This document shows positions 8,671 to 16,667 of a stretch of 32,000 nucleotides of DNA, piece after piece (within the stretch, counting starts at the first letter, position 1; every line of letters starts with the position of its first letter). Under the pieces are notes generated by a model. The model saw only the letters and a list, made by a program, of their open reading frames with translations, ran no database searches and was not told where the DNA came from. Both the position numbers and the translations under genes were made by a program. Source of the DNA: Peptococcaceae bacterium BRH_c8a (GTDB taxonomy: Bacteria > Bacillota > Desulfotomaculia > Desulfotomaculales > Desulfallaceae). The stretch is taken from the NCBI GenBank assembly GCA_000961575.1, contig LADP01000023.1:56351-88350 (forward strand), in the 5' to 3' direction.

Positions 8671-9207
8671 CTAGAACTCAATGCCCTTTTGGGCTGAAAT
8701 GCCCGCTGCGTAGGGATGTTTAATTTCTTTCATTTCCGTTACCAGGTCGGCCAGCTCCACAACTTCCGGAGCGACGTTGCGACCTGTCAAAACTAAGTGT
8801 AACACAGGCGGTTTAGAACGAATAATCTCAAGCACATCCGCCAGATCTACAAGGCCATAGTGCACTGCGTAATTGATTTCATCCAGGACTACCAGATCGT
8901 GCCGGCCATCCAATACAGCGTTACGGGCTTCTTCCAGCGCTTTTTGCGCTGCTGCCCGGTGGGCCTCCAGACCGTCGTCGCCCGAGCCTTTGATGAATCC
9001 CTCACCCATCTGGCGCATTTCGTAGTTTGGTCCCAGTTTTTCCGCTGCCTTCAGTTCCCCGTATTTCCAGCCGCCCTTGATAAACTGCAGTATTAGCACC
9101 TTCATGTCCTGACCCCAGGCCCGCAGGGACATGCCCAGCGCGGCGGTGGTTTTGCCTTTGCCGTTACCGGTAAACACCAGTGTTAAACCTTTGGTTTCAT
9201 TAGCCAT
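8671..9207 (-). CDS. cobO: Cob(I)yrinic acid a,c-diamide / cob(I)alamin adenosyltransferase (CobO/BtuR type)
   Basis: GNGKGKTTAALG P-loop, ILQFIKG, LVVLDEI. The ~178-aa size is typical of CobA/CobO. Confidence 0.9.
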   Translation of the reverse strand: MANETKGLTLVFTGNGKGKTTAALGMSLRAWGQDMKVLILQFIKGGWKYGELKAAEKLGPNYEMRQMGEGFIKGSGDDGLEAHRAAAQKALEEARNAVLDGRHDLVVLDEINYAVHYGLVDLADVLEIIRSKPPVLHLVLTGRNVAPEVVELADLVTEMKEIKHPYAAGISAQKGIEF

Positions 9208-9332
9208 GGATAGCCCCCCTCAATCAGTACGACAATATCGGTTACAAGGTGGCCACACGCTTAAAATGACGGCCCGCATCAAGTATAACACGGGGTGGCC
9301 AAATAGTGACAAGTCCTTATTCTAAATTTAGA

Positions 9333-9477
9333 GGATGTTTGAAAAGTCCGCGCGAGATCCACTTCGAATTTCTACGTTGGCTTGGCTTTTGCGGTGCTCA
9401 TGTATTATATATACACTCCGCTCCTCAAAGCCTTCGCCGCCTTGAACTTCTCGTGTCTCTCGTGCTCCTTTTCAAAC
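9333..9477. repeat. Structured repeat family C, copy 1 (MITE-like, ~145 bp)
   Basis: About 85% identical to the reverse complement of 16519-16664. Termini are GGATGTTTGAAAAG ... CTTTTCAAAC (inverted). The right end overlaps the tatD TGA stop (9474-9472). Confidence 0.85.
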
Positions 9478-10248
9478 TTTTAAATTAAACAATTTTTCAG
9501 CGTTGGCTGTGGTGGCTAGGGCCAGCTCTTCAATAGTGATGCCCCGCAGTTGGGCAATGTGCTCGGCCACGTAGCGCACGTGGGCCGGTTCGTTGCGCCG
9601 CCCGCGAAAAGGTTCGGGCGCCAGATAAGGGCAGTCGGTTTCAATCAGCAGACGCTCTAGCGGCACTTTTACCGCAATATCTTTTAGCTTGGCAGCGTTT
9701 TTAAAAGTAACCGGGCCGGCCAGTGAAATATAAAAACCCATTTCTATGCTCTCACGGGCTACCTCCAAACTGCCGCTGAAGCAATGCATTACTCCGCCCG
9801 CCGGGCTAATGCCGTCGGAGCGCAAAATCTCCAGCAAGTCTCCGAAAGCGTCCCTGGAATGGATGATTACAGGCATGTTAAGCTCCCGCACCAGGGCCAA
9901 CTGCTCCCGAAACACCCGCTGCTGGATTGGTCGGGGGGATAGGTCTCGGTAATAATCCAAACCCATTTCACCCATAGCCACCACCCCGGGACGGCGTGCC
10001 AACTGCTCCAGGCGGGCCAGGTAATCATCAGGTACGTCTTCGGCATCGTGGGGGTGCACCCCTACCGAGGCCACCACCGAAGGCCGCTCCCCGGCCATGT
10101 TTGCCGTTTCTTCAGAAGATTTTAGATCAAAGGCGGCACACAGCACCCGGGTAACTCCCGCTTCTTGCATGCGCCCAAATACTTTGTCCAGGTCTTGTTT
10201 AAATTGTTCGTTGTTCAGGTGCACGTGGGTGTCAAACAGTTCAACCAT
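9472..10248 (-). CDS. tatD: TatD-family metal-dependent hydrolase/DNase (YabD)
   Basis: FDTHVHL, GE.GLDY, VIIHSRDA, LLIETDCPYL motifs. The ATG lies 1 nt after the metG stop, with its RBS inside the metG 3' end. Confidence 0.92.
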   Translation of the reverse strand: MVELFDTHVHLNNEQFKQDLDKVFGRMQEAGVTRVLCAAFDLKSSEETANMAGERPSVVASVGVHPHDAEDVPDDYLARLEQLARRPGVVAMGEMGLDYYRDLSPRPIQQRVFREQLALVRELNMPVIIHSRDAFGDLLEILRSDGISPAGGVMHCFSGSLEVARESIEMGFYISLAGPVTFKNAAKLKDIAVKVPLERLLIETDCPYLAPEPFRGRRNEPAHVRYVAEHIAQLRGITIEELALATTANAEKLFNLKV

Positions 10249-10249
10249 G

Positions 10250-11806
10250 TTAACTTTCCTCCAACGTTGCCGGGTCGATGCGCGGAAACAGCGGCTCGCC
10301 TTTTTTCAGGACGGTGCCGGCGGGAATACCTCCCCAGCGTAGTGAATCCCAGGCATGCAGTTGAGCATGGTTTTCAATGCCCAATAGCGGCCAGGCCCGT
10401 TGCGGCAGTTGGGGGGTAAAAGGTGTTATCATCACGGTGGCCAGGCGCAGCACTTCAGCCACATTGTAAAGTACTGTAAAAAGGCGATCTCGCTTTTGCG
10501 GATCTTTGGCCAGGGCCCAGGGAGCCGTTTCTTCCAAGTACTTATTAGCCCGTCCCACCAACTTTAGTATCGCCGCCAGGGCGCCCGCCAGATCCCGGCG
10601 TTCCATCATTTCTTCCACTATTGGCGGTGTCTCGGCCGCCAGGTCCAGCAGTTCTTGGTCAGGCCCTTCGGGTGCTCCCGGTGCTTGCAATACACCATTA
10701 AAGTACTTATTGGCCATGGCACAGGTGCGGTTAAACAGGTTGCCGAAATCGTTGGCCAGGTCCTGGTTAATCCGGTGCACCATCGATTCCTCTGAATAAT
10801 TGACATCAATACCGAGGGGCATTTCCCTCAGCAGGTAGTAACGAACGGCGTCCACACCGTACTTGTCTATAAGTATCAGTGGATCTACCACATTGCCCTT
10901 GGATTTGCTCATCTTGCCGCTTTCCAGCAGCAGCCAGCCGTGCCCCACCACCTGCTTGGGCAAGGGCAGTCCCACGGCCATCAGGATGATGGGCCAGATA
11001 ACGCTATGGAAGCGCACTATATCCTTGGCCATCAGGTGGATATCTGCCGGCCAGTAACGATGGTACAACGCCTCGTTTTCATGGCCGTAACCCAGAGCGG
11101 AAATGTAGTTGGTCAGGGCGTCCATCCAGACGTAGATGACGTGCTTGGAGTCAAAGGGCACCGGTATGCCCCAGTCAAAGGTTGTGCGGGATACGCATAA
11201 ATCCTCAAGGCCGCTCTTGATAAAGCTGACCATCTCGTTGCGCCGGGACACGGGTTGAATAAAGTTGGGGTTGTCTTCAATGTGTTTAAGCAACCGGTCA
11301 CCAAACTTGGACATTTTGAAAAAATAGCTTTCTTCCTGAAGCAATTCAACAGGCCGGCCGCAGTCCGGGCAATTACCCTCTTCTAAACGCCCTTCCGTCC
11401 AAAAGGTTTCGCATGGTGTGCAATACCAGCCTTCATAACTGTCCTTGTAGATGTCACCCTGGTCGTATAGCTGTTGAAAAATCTTCTGTACTGTCTGCTT
11501 ATGTCTTTCCTCGGTAGTGCGAATGAAGTCGTCGTTACTGATGTTTAAGCTGCGCCACAGGTGCTGGAAACTAATCACTATGCGATCCACGTATTCCTTG
11601 GGAGTCAACCCTCTTTCCTTAGCCGCTCGCTCGATTTTCTGGCCATGTTCATCGGAACCGGTCAAAAAGCGCACGTCATAACCGGTCATCCGTTTATACC
11701 GCGCCATGGCATCAGCGGCTACAGTCGTATAAGCATGACCGATATGCAGCTTGTCGCTGGGGTAGTAAATTGGTGTGGTAATGTAAAACGTTTTTTTGGA
11801 TTCCAT
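10250..11806 (-). CDS. metG: Methionine--tRNA ligase (short form, no C-terminal tRNA-binding domain)
   Basis: HIGHAYT (HIGH) and KMSKSKGN (KMSKS) motifs, and a CPxC...CPDC zinc knuckle. 518 aa. Confidence 0.97.
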   Translation of the reverse strand: MESKKTFYITTPIYYPSDKLHIGHAYTTVAADAMARYKRMTGYDVRFLTGSDEHGQKIERAAKERGLTPKEYVDRIVISFQHLWRSLNISNDDFIRTTEERHKQTVQKIFQQLYDQGDIYKDSYEGWYCTPCETFWTEGRLEEGNCPDCGRPVELLQEESYFFKMSKFGDRLLKHIEDNPNFIQPVSRRNEMVSFIKSGLEDLCVSRTTFDWGIPVPFDSKHVIYVWMDALTNYISALGYGHENEALYHRYWPADIHLMAKDIVRFHSVIWPIILMAVGLPLPKQVVGHGWLLLESGKMSKSKGNVVDPLILIDKYGVDAVRYYLLREMPLGIDVNYSEESMVHRINQDLANDFGNLFNRTCAMANKYFNGVLQAPGAPEGPDQELLDLAAETPPIVEEMMERRDLAGALAAILKLVGRANKYLEETAPWALAKDPQKRDRLFTVLYNVAEVLRLATVMITPFTPQLPQRAWPLLGIENHAQLHAWDSLRWGGIPAGTVLKKGEPLFPRIDPATLEES

Positions 11807-11839
11807 TTAACATACTCCTTCCATTAGATATTTTAAAGT

Positions 11840-11921
11840 CTACCCTGAAAATACTTTAAAAGTTGGTTGTAGTGGACGCGGCGCTCCGGATATCACCGGA
11901 TCGCCGCGAAGGCTGGTTTTT
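11840..11921. repeat. Structured repeat family B, short form (hairpin only)
   Basis: ctaccctgaaaatactttaaaagttggttgtagtgga-CGCGGCGCTCCGG-atatca-CCGGATCGCCGCG-aaggctggttttt. This is the reverse complement of the two ends of 3265-3511 joined directly. It lies between the T-box terminator and the metG start codon. Confidence 0.85.
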
Positions 11922-11930
11922 ACTACCCCC

Positions 11931-12262
11931 AAAATATAAACGCCCCTGGTTTACCCAGGGGCGAATTGTTTCGCGGTACCACCCTAATTTGCCGGCCCCT
12001 TAAAGGGCAAGCCTCGTTTAAGGTACGGGGAGAGTTCCCGATACCCCAAGCCTGATAACGGTGCTTAACCGGTATAGCTTATCGGGAAAGAGCTAGCACT
12101 TAATTGCGCTTTCCGTTCAGCTTACAGTTCCGAAGCCATGTTCAACCCGTTCTCCCCGGCGGGCTTTCACCTGTTCCCGCTCTCTGTACGGCTCTTCCGG
12201 ATTTACTCCCTCTCCATCATCACCGATGTATCTTATGTAAATAAAAAGCTATTAAAAATAAC
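11931..12262 (-). promoter_or_regulatory. T-box riboswitch leader (Met specifier) controlling metG
   Basis: Read on the minus strand. Stem I has AGAGAG...GGTGAAAG. The specifier-loop context is GAAC-AUG-G (AUG = 12139-12137). The canonical T-box sequence AAATTAGGGTGGTACCGCG lies at 12000-11982. The terminator is CGCCCCTGG-gtaa-ACCAGGGGCG + UUUAUAUUUU (11963-11931). Confidence 0.88.
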
Positions 12263-12269
12263 CTTGTAA

Positions 12270-12299
12270 AGTATAATTTAAAATACTTTATCCTGTCAA
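12270..12299 (-). promoter_or_regulatory. SigA-type promoter for the metG T-box leader
   Basis: Minus strand: TTGACA (12299-12294), 18 nt spacer, TATACT (12275-12270). Confidence 0.55.
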
Positions 12300-12356
12300 G
12301 TTTAACCTAATATTAAATTTTTTATACAAAATAATCAAATATATTACAAAAAAATG

Positions 12357-12412
12357 TTGACTTTTAATGCCATCATTGGTACCATTTACTTGCATACAGG
12401 TTTTTTGTCGAA
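12357..12412 (+). promoter_or_regulatory. abrB promoter with downstream Spo0A (0A) box
   Basis: TTGACT (12357-12362), 17 nt spacer, TGgTACCAT extended -10 (12377-12385). TGTCGAA (12406-12412) matches the 0A-box consensus TGNCGAA. B. subtilis abrB has 0A boxes at the equivalent position downstream of the start site. Confidence 0.45.
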
Positions 12413-12447
12413 TTGTGTCACTTATTTATCAACGGGGAGGGGAAGTC

Positions 12448-12702
12448 TTGAAGTCAACGGGTATTGTAAGGAAAGTGGACGAGCTTGGTCGCGTGGTTAT
12501 ACCAATTGAATTGCGCCGTACTTTGGGCATCGATGAAAAAGACGCCTTGGAAATTTACGTCGACAATGAGAAAATTATTCTCAAAAAATACGAGCCCGCC
12601 TGCGTATTTTGCGGCGATGCCGCCGACGTGCAGCATTACCGTGGCAAACTGGTATGCCGGAACTGTGCCGTGGCCATGTTTGAAAACGTTAAGGCCATGT
12701 AA
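12448..12702 (+). CDS. abrB: Transition-state regulator AbrB (SpoVT/AbrB swapped-hairpin N-domain; Cys4 C-terminus)
   Basis: TTG start at 12448 after RBS GGGGAGGGGA. LKSTGIVRKVDELGRVVIPIELRRTLGI..KDALEIYVD.EKIILKKY is nearly identical to the B. subtilis AbrB N-domain. The C-terminal CVFCG...CRNC is a clostridial-type zinc ribbon. It is the only conserved gene on the plus strand, as in B. subtilis. Confidence 0.92.
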   Translation: MKSTGIVRKVDELGRVVIPIELRRTLGIDEKDALEIYVDNEKIILKKYEPACVFCGDAADVQHYRGKLVCRNCAVAMFENVKAM

Positions 12703-12729
12703 TGTGACTACATATTTTATATGAGCCGT

Positions 12730-13590
12730 TTATTCGGATACGTGTATCTTTTTGTATAATTCCCGTCTGGGGAGATTTCTCAGGCGGGCTACTTTTTTTA
12801 TAGCTTCATTTGTAGCAAGACCCTCTTGCATCAACAGTCGCACGTGTTCTTCCGGCGGCGTGGCGGCCCATTTTTCAGCCGTTTTACCGCTTTCTTCCCG
12901 GGCACCTTCAATGACTAGCACGAATTCGCCCCGGGGAGTCTGGGTGGTAAAGTGTTCTTTCAGCCCCGTCAGGGTGTCCCGCAGCAATTCTTCATGCAGC
13001 TTGGTTAGTTCACGGGCGGCACAGGCCCGGCGATCACCCAGGGTTTCGATCAGGTCTTGCAGCGTTTTTAGTACCCGGTGCGGCGCTTCATACAGGACAA
13101 CCGTCCTGGTTTCGCCCGCCAATTCGGCTAGACGTCGGTTGCGACCACTGCCTTTGGCCGGTAAAAAGCCCTCAAAAACAAACCGTTCAACGTTCAGGCC
13201 GGAAACAACGAGCGCCGCCAGCAGAGCGCTCGGCCCCGGCAACGGCACCACTGGTATCCCCCTGTCTACTGCTTCGCGCACCAAATCTTCGCCGGGATCA
13301 GATATCCCAGGCGTACCAGCGTCGCTAACCAGGGCCACTATATCGCCACTAGTCAGTCGCTCCAGCAAATATTCCCCCTGGCGGCGGCGGTTGTGCTCAT
13401 GGTAACTGGTGGTGGGGGTATGGATATCGTAATGACTTAACAGACGTCGGGTGCGCCGGGTGTCCTCTGCAGCCACCAAGTCAGCTTCACGAAGCGTCTG
13501 CAGTACCCGCAGGGTTATATCTTCCAGATTGCCGATAGGCGTTGCGCAAAGATACAAAATGCCCCTGTTTTTATCGCTTTTATCTGTCAT
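12730..13590 (-). CDS. rsmI: 16S rRNA (cytidine1402-2'-O)-methyltransferase RsmI (YabC)
   Basis: LYLCATPIGNLEDITLR, AEDTR, SDAGTP.ISDPG motifs. The likely start is ATG 13590 (MTDKSDKNRGILY...). The ORF-track 5' extension to 13674 overlaps yabA. Confidence 0.92.
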   Translation of the reverse strand: MTDKSDKNRGILYLCATPIGNLEDITLRVLQTLREADLVAAEDTRRTRRLLSHYDIHTPTTSYHEHNRRRQGEYLLERLTSGDIVALVSDAGTPGISDPGEDLVREAVDRGIPVVPLPGPSALLAALVVSGLNVERFVFEGFLPAKGSGRNRRLAELAGETRTVVLYEAPHRVLKTLQDLIETLGDRRACAARELTKLHEELLRDTLTGLKEHFTTQTPRGEFVLVIEGAREESGKTAEKWAATPPEEHVRLLMQEGLATNEAIKKVARLRNLPRRELYKKIHVSE

Positions 13591-13595
13591 CCCGC

Positions 13596-13916
13596 TCACT
13601 CCCGTTCCCGACGAAAAAAGGCGGCACAAAACAGACACTCGCTGGTCCGGGTTTGACCAAAGTGGATATTGCAAATATGAAAACCTTCCGCATAAAGATT
13701 CTCCAGGTTCTGTCGCCCGGTCACCTGTACATCGGTGTCGCCAACTACCCGGGTTTCCCCTGCCTGTTGCACATCATATACCAATGCCAGATGCTGCCTA
13801 AGCTTTTCATTTTCCGCTTCCAGCGCCCCGACCATGTTTTTCATGCTTTTGATCTCGGCCAGCAGGTCTTGGGCTCTGGTTTCCAGCGCCTTCATTTTTA
13901 TTGTTATGTCTCTCAA
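13596..13916 (-). CDS. yabA: DNA replication initiation control protein YabA
   Basis: An N-terminal coiled coil, then the C-terminal zinc motif [13 protein letters not shown]....ECLFC (compare B. subtilis YQEGFHICNVHYG...DCLFC). The best start is TTG 13916 (RBS GGAAGGTGG 5 nt upstream). The ORF-track ATG at 13949 has no RBS. Confidence 0.85.
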   Translation of the reverse strand: MRDITIKMKALETRAQDLLAEIKSMKNMVGALEAENEKLRQHLALVYDVQQAGETRVVGDTDVQVTGRQNLENLYAEGFHICNIHFGQTRTSECLFCAAFFRRERE

Positions 13917-14736
13917 TTTGACCACCTTCCGGAAAGTCGGTGTTGACATCCGTAACGGGGTATCCCTGAATCAGTTTACTTTCCTGTAATTCTACGCTAA
14001 CGGTTTGTTTGAAAATGTTAATTCCCACCACTCTGCCCATCCCGTCAGGTGTAATCACCCGTTTACCCGGCTCGGGAAAACTTTCCCTGGCCTGCTCATA
14101 AGCCTCATTTTCAAATTTAAGGCAGCACATTAAACGGCCGCAAATGCCGGATATCTTGGTGGGGTTTAGGGACAGGTTCTGCTCCTTGGCCATCCGAATG
14201 GACACCGAGGAAAAGTCCGACAGCCAGGTGGCACAGCACAATTCCCGACCGCAGCAACCCAGGCCGCCCATCATTTTGGCCTCATCACGAACACCTATCT
14301 GGCGTAGTTCAATCCTGGTGCGAAATACCGCGGCCAGATCCTTGACCAGCTCGCGGAAATCGATCCGCCCATCGGCGGTAAAATAAAAGATAATTTTATT
14401 ACCGTCAAAAGTCTGCTCCACATCCACAAGTTTCATGGGCAAACCGTGAGTAGTTATTTTTTCCACGCAAATTTCATAGGCTCGGGTTTCTTTTTCCTGG
14501 TTGGCCCGCAGTTGCTCTATATCTACATCGCCAGCCCGGCGCAGCACTTTTTTTAGCGCACCTACCACTTCTTCCTCGGGTACATCTCGGGGGCCGGCAA
14601 CAACGGTGCCAAATTCGACACCACGGGATGTCTCTACGATTACCCCATCACCCACCGACAGGAACAAATCCCCGGGGTCAAAATAATATACCTTGCCTGC
14701 CGCCTTAAATCTTACTCCTACTACCAGGCACGACAA
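13807..14736 (-). CDS. yaaT: PSP1 domain protein YaaT/RicT (stage 0 sporulation / RNase Y maturation complex)
   Basis: TTG start after [38 protein letters not shown] and [12 protein letters not shown] / [11 protein letters not shown] cysteine motifs. The low-complexity C-terminal ~40 aa overlaps the yabA 5' region in another frame. Confidence 0.9.
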   Translation of the reverse strand: MSCLVVGVRFKAAGKVYYFDPGDLFLSVGDGVIVETSRGVEFGTVVAGPRDVPEEEVVGALKKVLRRAGDVDIEQLRANQEKETRAYEICVEKITTHGLPMKLVDVEQTFDGNKIIFYFTADGRIDFRELVKDLAAVFRTRIELRQIGVRDEAKMMGGLGCCGRELCCATWLSDFSSVSIRMAKEQNLSLNPTKISGICGRLMCCLKFENEAYEQARESFPEPGKRVITPDGMGRVVGINIFKQTVSVELQESKLIQGYPVTDVNTDFPEGGQIERHNNKNEGAGNQSPRPAGRDQKHEKHGRGAGSGK

Positions 14737-14783
14737 TGGCCATACCTCCTGTCAAACTTGCCTCATAATCCATCCATTGCATT

Positions 14784-14822
14784 AATTGGGGACATTCCTT
14801 GAAGGAGGTGTGTCCCCTTTCC
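14784..14822. repeat. GGGGACA-hairpin repeat copy (intergenic, holB/yaaT)
   Basis: aattggggacattccttgaaggaggtgtgtcccctttcc. Confidence 0.9.
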
Positions 14823-14829
14823 TTTTATC

Positions 14830-15807
14830 CTAAAATCCGGCGATTTTTAGTAGCAAGGAATCCAACGCCAGGCGCTGGTTTACATTACCCGCCAACCGAC
14901 GAGCCGTTTCCTCCGCTGTTAACAGTATGTCCAGTACTTCTCGCCGGTCATAAGCACTTGCCAGCTTAGCTAGATCATCCCGCCGGTCAATGTTAATTAA
15001 CAATTCACTTAGCCCTGTTTGCTGTATTATCATCACATCTCGGAACATTACCGTCAGGTAGTTTACAAATTCCTGTGCGTCTTCACGGCCTGCTATCTCT
15101 TCCGGTGGAACCGGCATTGCACGCCGGCTATTAACAACCAGGCTCAGCGCCACCTCCAGTGCCCGGTCACGGCCGGCCGACCCGCCAAGCAGCGCCAGGG
15201 CCCGCCCCGGGCTTCCCCCGGACAATACTGCCATGGTGTGGGCCAGTTCGGCGCTGCCCGCTTCCTGTGTAATCACTTTGGCCACATCTTCCCGGGACAA
15301 ATTATTAAACCGGTAACACAGGCAGCGGGACAGCACAGTTGAAGGTATTCTCGCCGGATCGTCGGTAACCAGGATGAACACCACCCCGGCCACGGGTTCT
15401 TCCAAGGTTTTTAAAAAACTGTTGGCGGCTTCGGTGGTCATCCTCTCGGCCTGTTCCACCAAGAAAACCTGCCGGCCCTCGCCAAAGGAGGTAAACACGG
15501 CACCGTCGCACACCTCTCTAAGTTGCCTTATTTTTATCGAAGCCCCGTCGGGGCGGATTAGATGCAAATCGGGGTGCCCACCCCGCTTGGAACGGGTGCA
15601 GTCGTCGCAAACTTCGCACGCGTCTCCATCACCCCCGGAGCACAGCAGGGCCCTGGCAAACGCCAGACCGGCAGTCTTTTTGCCAACACCAGGCGGCCCG
15701 TAAAAGAGATACGCATGGGACACCCGGTTGGATACTAGAGCACCAGCCAGGCTAGTCTTAATTTTTTCATGTCCCCTCAGTTCACGTAAAGCGGTCAACG
15801 GGCTCAC
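14830..15807 (-). CDS. holB: DNA polymerase III delta' subunit
   Basis: SHAYLFYGPPGVGKKT, a CxxCxxC zinc module, FLVEQAERMT, T.LSRC. The probable start is TTG 15798 (RBS GGAGTGA) rather than GTG 15807. Confidence 0.9.
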   Translation of the reverse strand: MSPLTALRELRGHEKIKTSLAGALVSNRVSHAYLFYGPPGVGKKTAGLAFARALLCSGGDGDACEVCDDCTRSKRGGHPDLHLIRPDGASIKIRQLREVCDGAVFTSFGEGRQVFLVEQAERMTTEAANSFLKTLEEPVAGVVFILVTDDPARIPSTVLSRCLCYRFNNLSREDVAKVITQEAGSAELAHTMAVLSGGSPGRALALLGGSAGRDRALEVALSLVVNSRRAMPVPPEEIAGREDAQEFVNYLTVMFRDVMIIQQTGLSELLINIDRRDDLAKLASAYDRREVLDILLTAEETARRLAGNVNQRLALDSLLLKIAGF

Positions 15808-15832
15808 TCCAAATAAATTTATAGGGTTAGCG

Positions 15833-16456
15833 TTAGGTCAGGACTTGCTCCAAGGAGACCAGCACCGACCGGTGCACTTCTTCCACCGCTACCCCGGCCT
15901 GGACTACTTTAAACATTCGGGGCCACTGGGCTGCCTGTTCCAGGTAACCACGGCGCACCTGCCGAAAAAAGTCGCTCTTTTCTGCTTCCAACCGGTCGGG
16001 CAAACGGTCTCCCAGCACCCGGCTGATACTTTCTTCCACCGACAGATCTAGTAATATTACAACATCTGGCACCAGTCCGCCAGTGGCCAATTCATTCAAA
16101 CGCGCCAGAAACTCCTTGTCCAAACCACGTCCACCGCCCTGGTAGGCCAGGGTGGAGTATATGAACCGGTCGCAAAGCACCGTATCTCCTCTGCGCAGGG
16201 CGGGTAAAATTTTTTCGGTGACATGCTGGGCCCGGTCGGCAGCGTATAAAAATGCTTCGGTGCGGCGGGTAATATCCCGGCAGGAAGGATCCAACAGCAG
16301 TGCCCGCAGCCGGTTGCCTATATCTGTACCACCGGGTTCCCGGGTACATAACACCGACATACCTTGCTTCTCCAACCATTGAGCCAGCAGTTTCACCTGG
16401 GTTGTCTTACCTGAACCATCAATTCCTTCAAAAACAATAAACTTCCCCGCTGTCAA
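15833..16456 (-). CDS. tmk: Thymidylate kinase
   Basis: FIVFEGIDGSGKTTQ P-loop, REPGGT, DRF..S..AYQG. TTG start with RBS GGAG. Confidence 0.95.
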   Translation of the reverse strand: MTAGKFIVFEGIDGSGKTTQVKLLAQWLEKQGMSVLCTREPGGTDIGNRLRALLLDPSCRDITRRTEAFLYAADRAQHVTEKILPALRRGDTVLCDRFIYSTLAYQGGGRGLDKEFLARLNELATGGLVPDVVILLDLSVEESISRVLGDRLPDRLEAEKSDFFRQVRRGYLEQAAQWPRMFKVVQAGVAVEEVHRSVLVSLEQVLT

Positions 16457-16482
16457 AAAAATTCATCTCCCGTACGTGGTTA

Positions 16483-16667
16483 TCGCGCGGACTTTTCGAA
16501 CATCCGTTTTAAATAAGAGTTCGATAAGGAGCACGAGAGACACGAGAAGTTCAAGGCGGCTTGGTTTTTGCGGAGCGGAGCGTATATGAGATACGTGAGC
16601 ACCGCAAAAGCCGAGCCAACGCAGAAATTCGACGGGGATCTCGCGCGGACTTTTCGAACATCCGTTT
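16483..16667. repeat. Structured repeat family C, copy 2, plus an extra solo terminal segment
   Basis: The core 16519-16664 is the inverse of 9333-9477. It has a 16-bp stem GGCTTGGTTTTTGCGG / CCGCAAAAGCCGAGCC. The 25-bp end CGCGCGGACTTTTCGAACATCCGTTT occurs twice in direct orientation (16484-16509 and 16642-16667). The second overlaps the decarboxylase stop codon. Confidence 0.85.

Noticed and set aside
9208-9332. Possible cobalamin riboswitch upstream of cobO
   Set aside because: The leader is only about 110 nt and I find no B12-box. There is only a TTGTCA...TATACT promoter-like motif and a GGCCACC direct repeat.
9306-9488. 60-aa plus-strand ORF
   Set aside because: It is coincident with repeat C copy 1. 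The inverse copy at 16483-16667 does not conserve the frame.
12703-12729. Possible bidirectional terminator between convergent abrB and rsmI
   Set aside because: Only a 5-bp GATAC/GTATC stem with a 2-nt loop, which is not convincing.
12752-13405. Long plus-strand ORFs antisense to conserved genes (also 5520-6056, 15374-15703, 17611-18078, 23667-24314, 24927-25430, 25316-25777, 28830-29459)
   Set aside because: These are shadow ORFs opposite well-supported minus-strand genes. They have Ser/Arg/Pro-rich low-complexity translations, no RBS and no recognisable domains.
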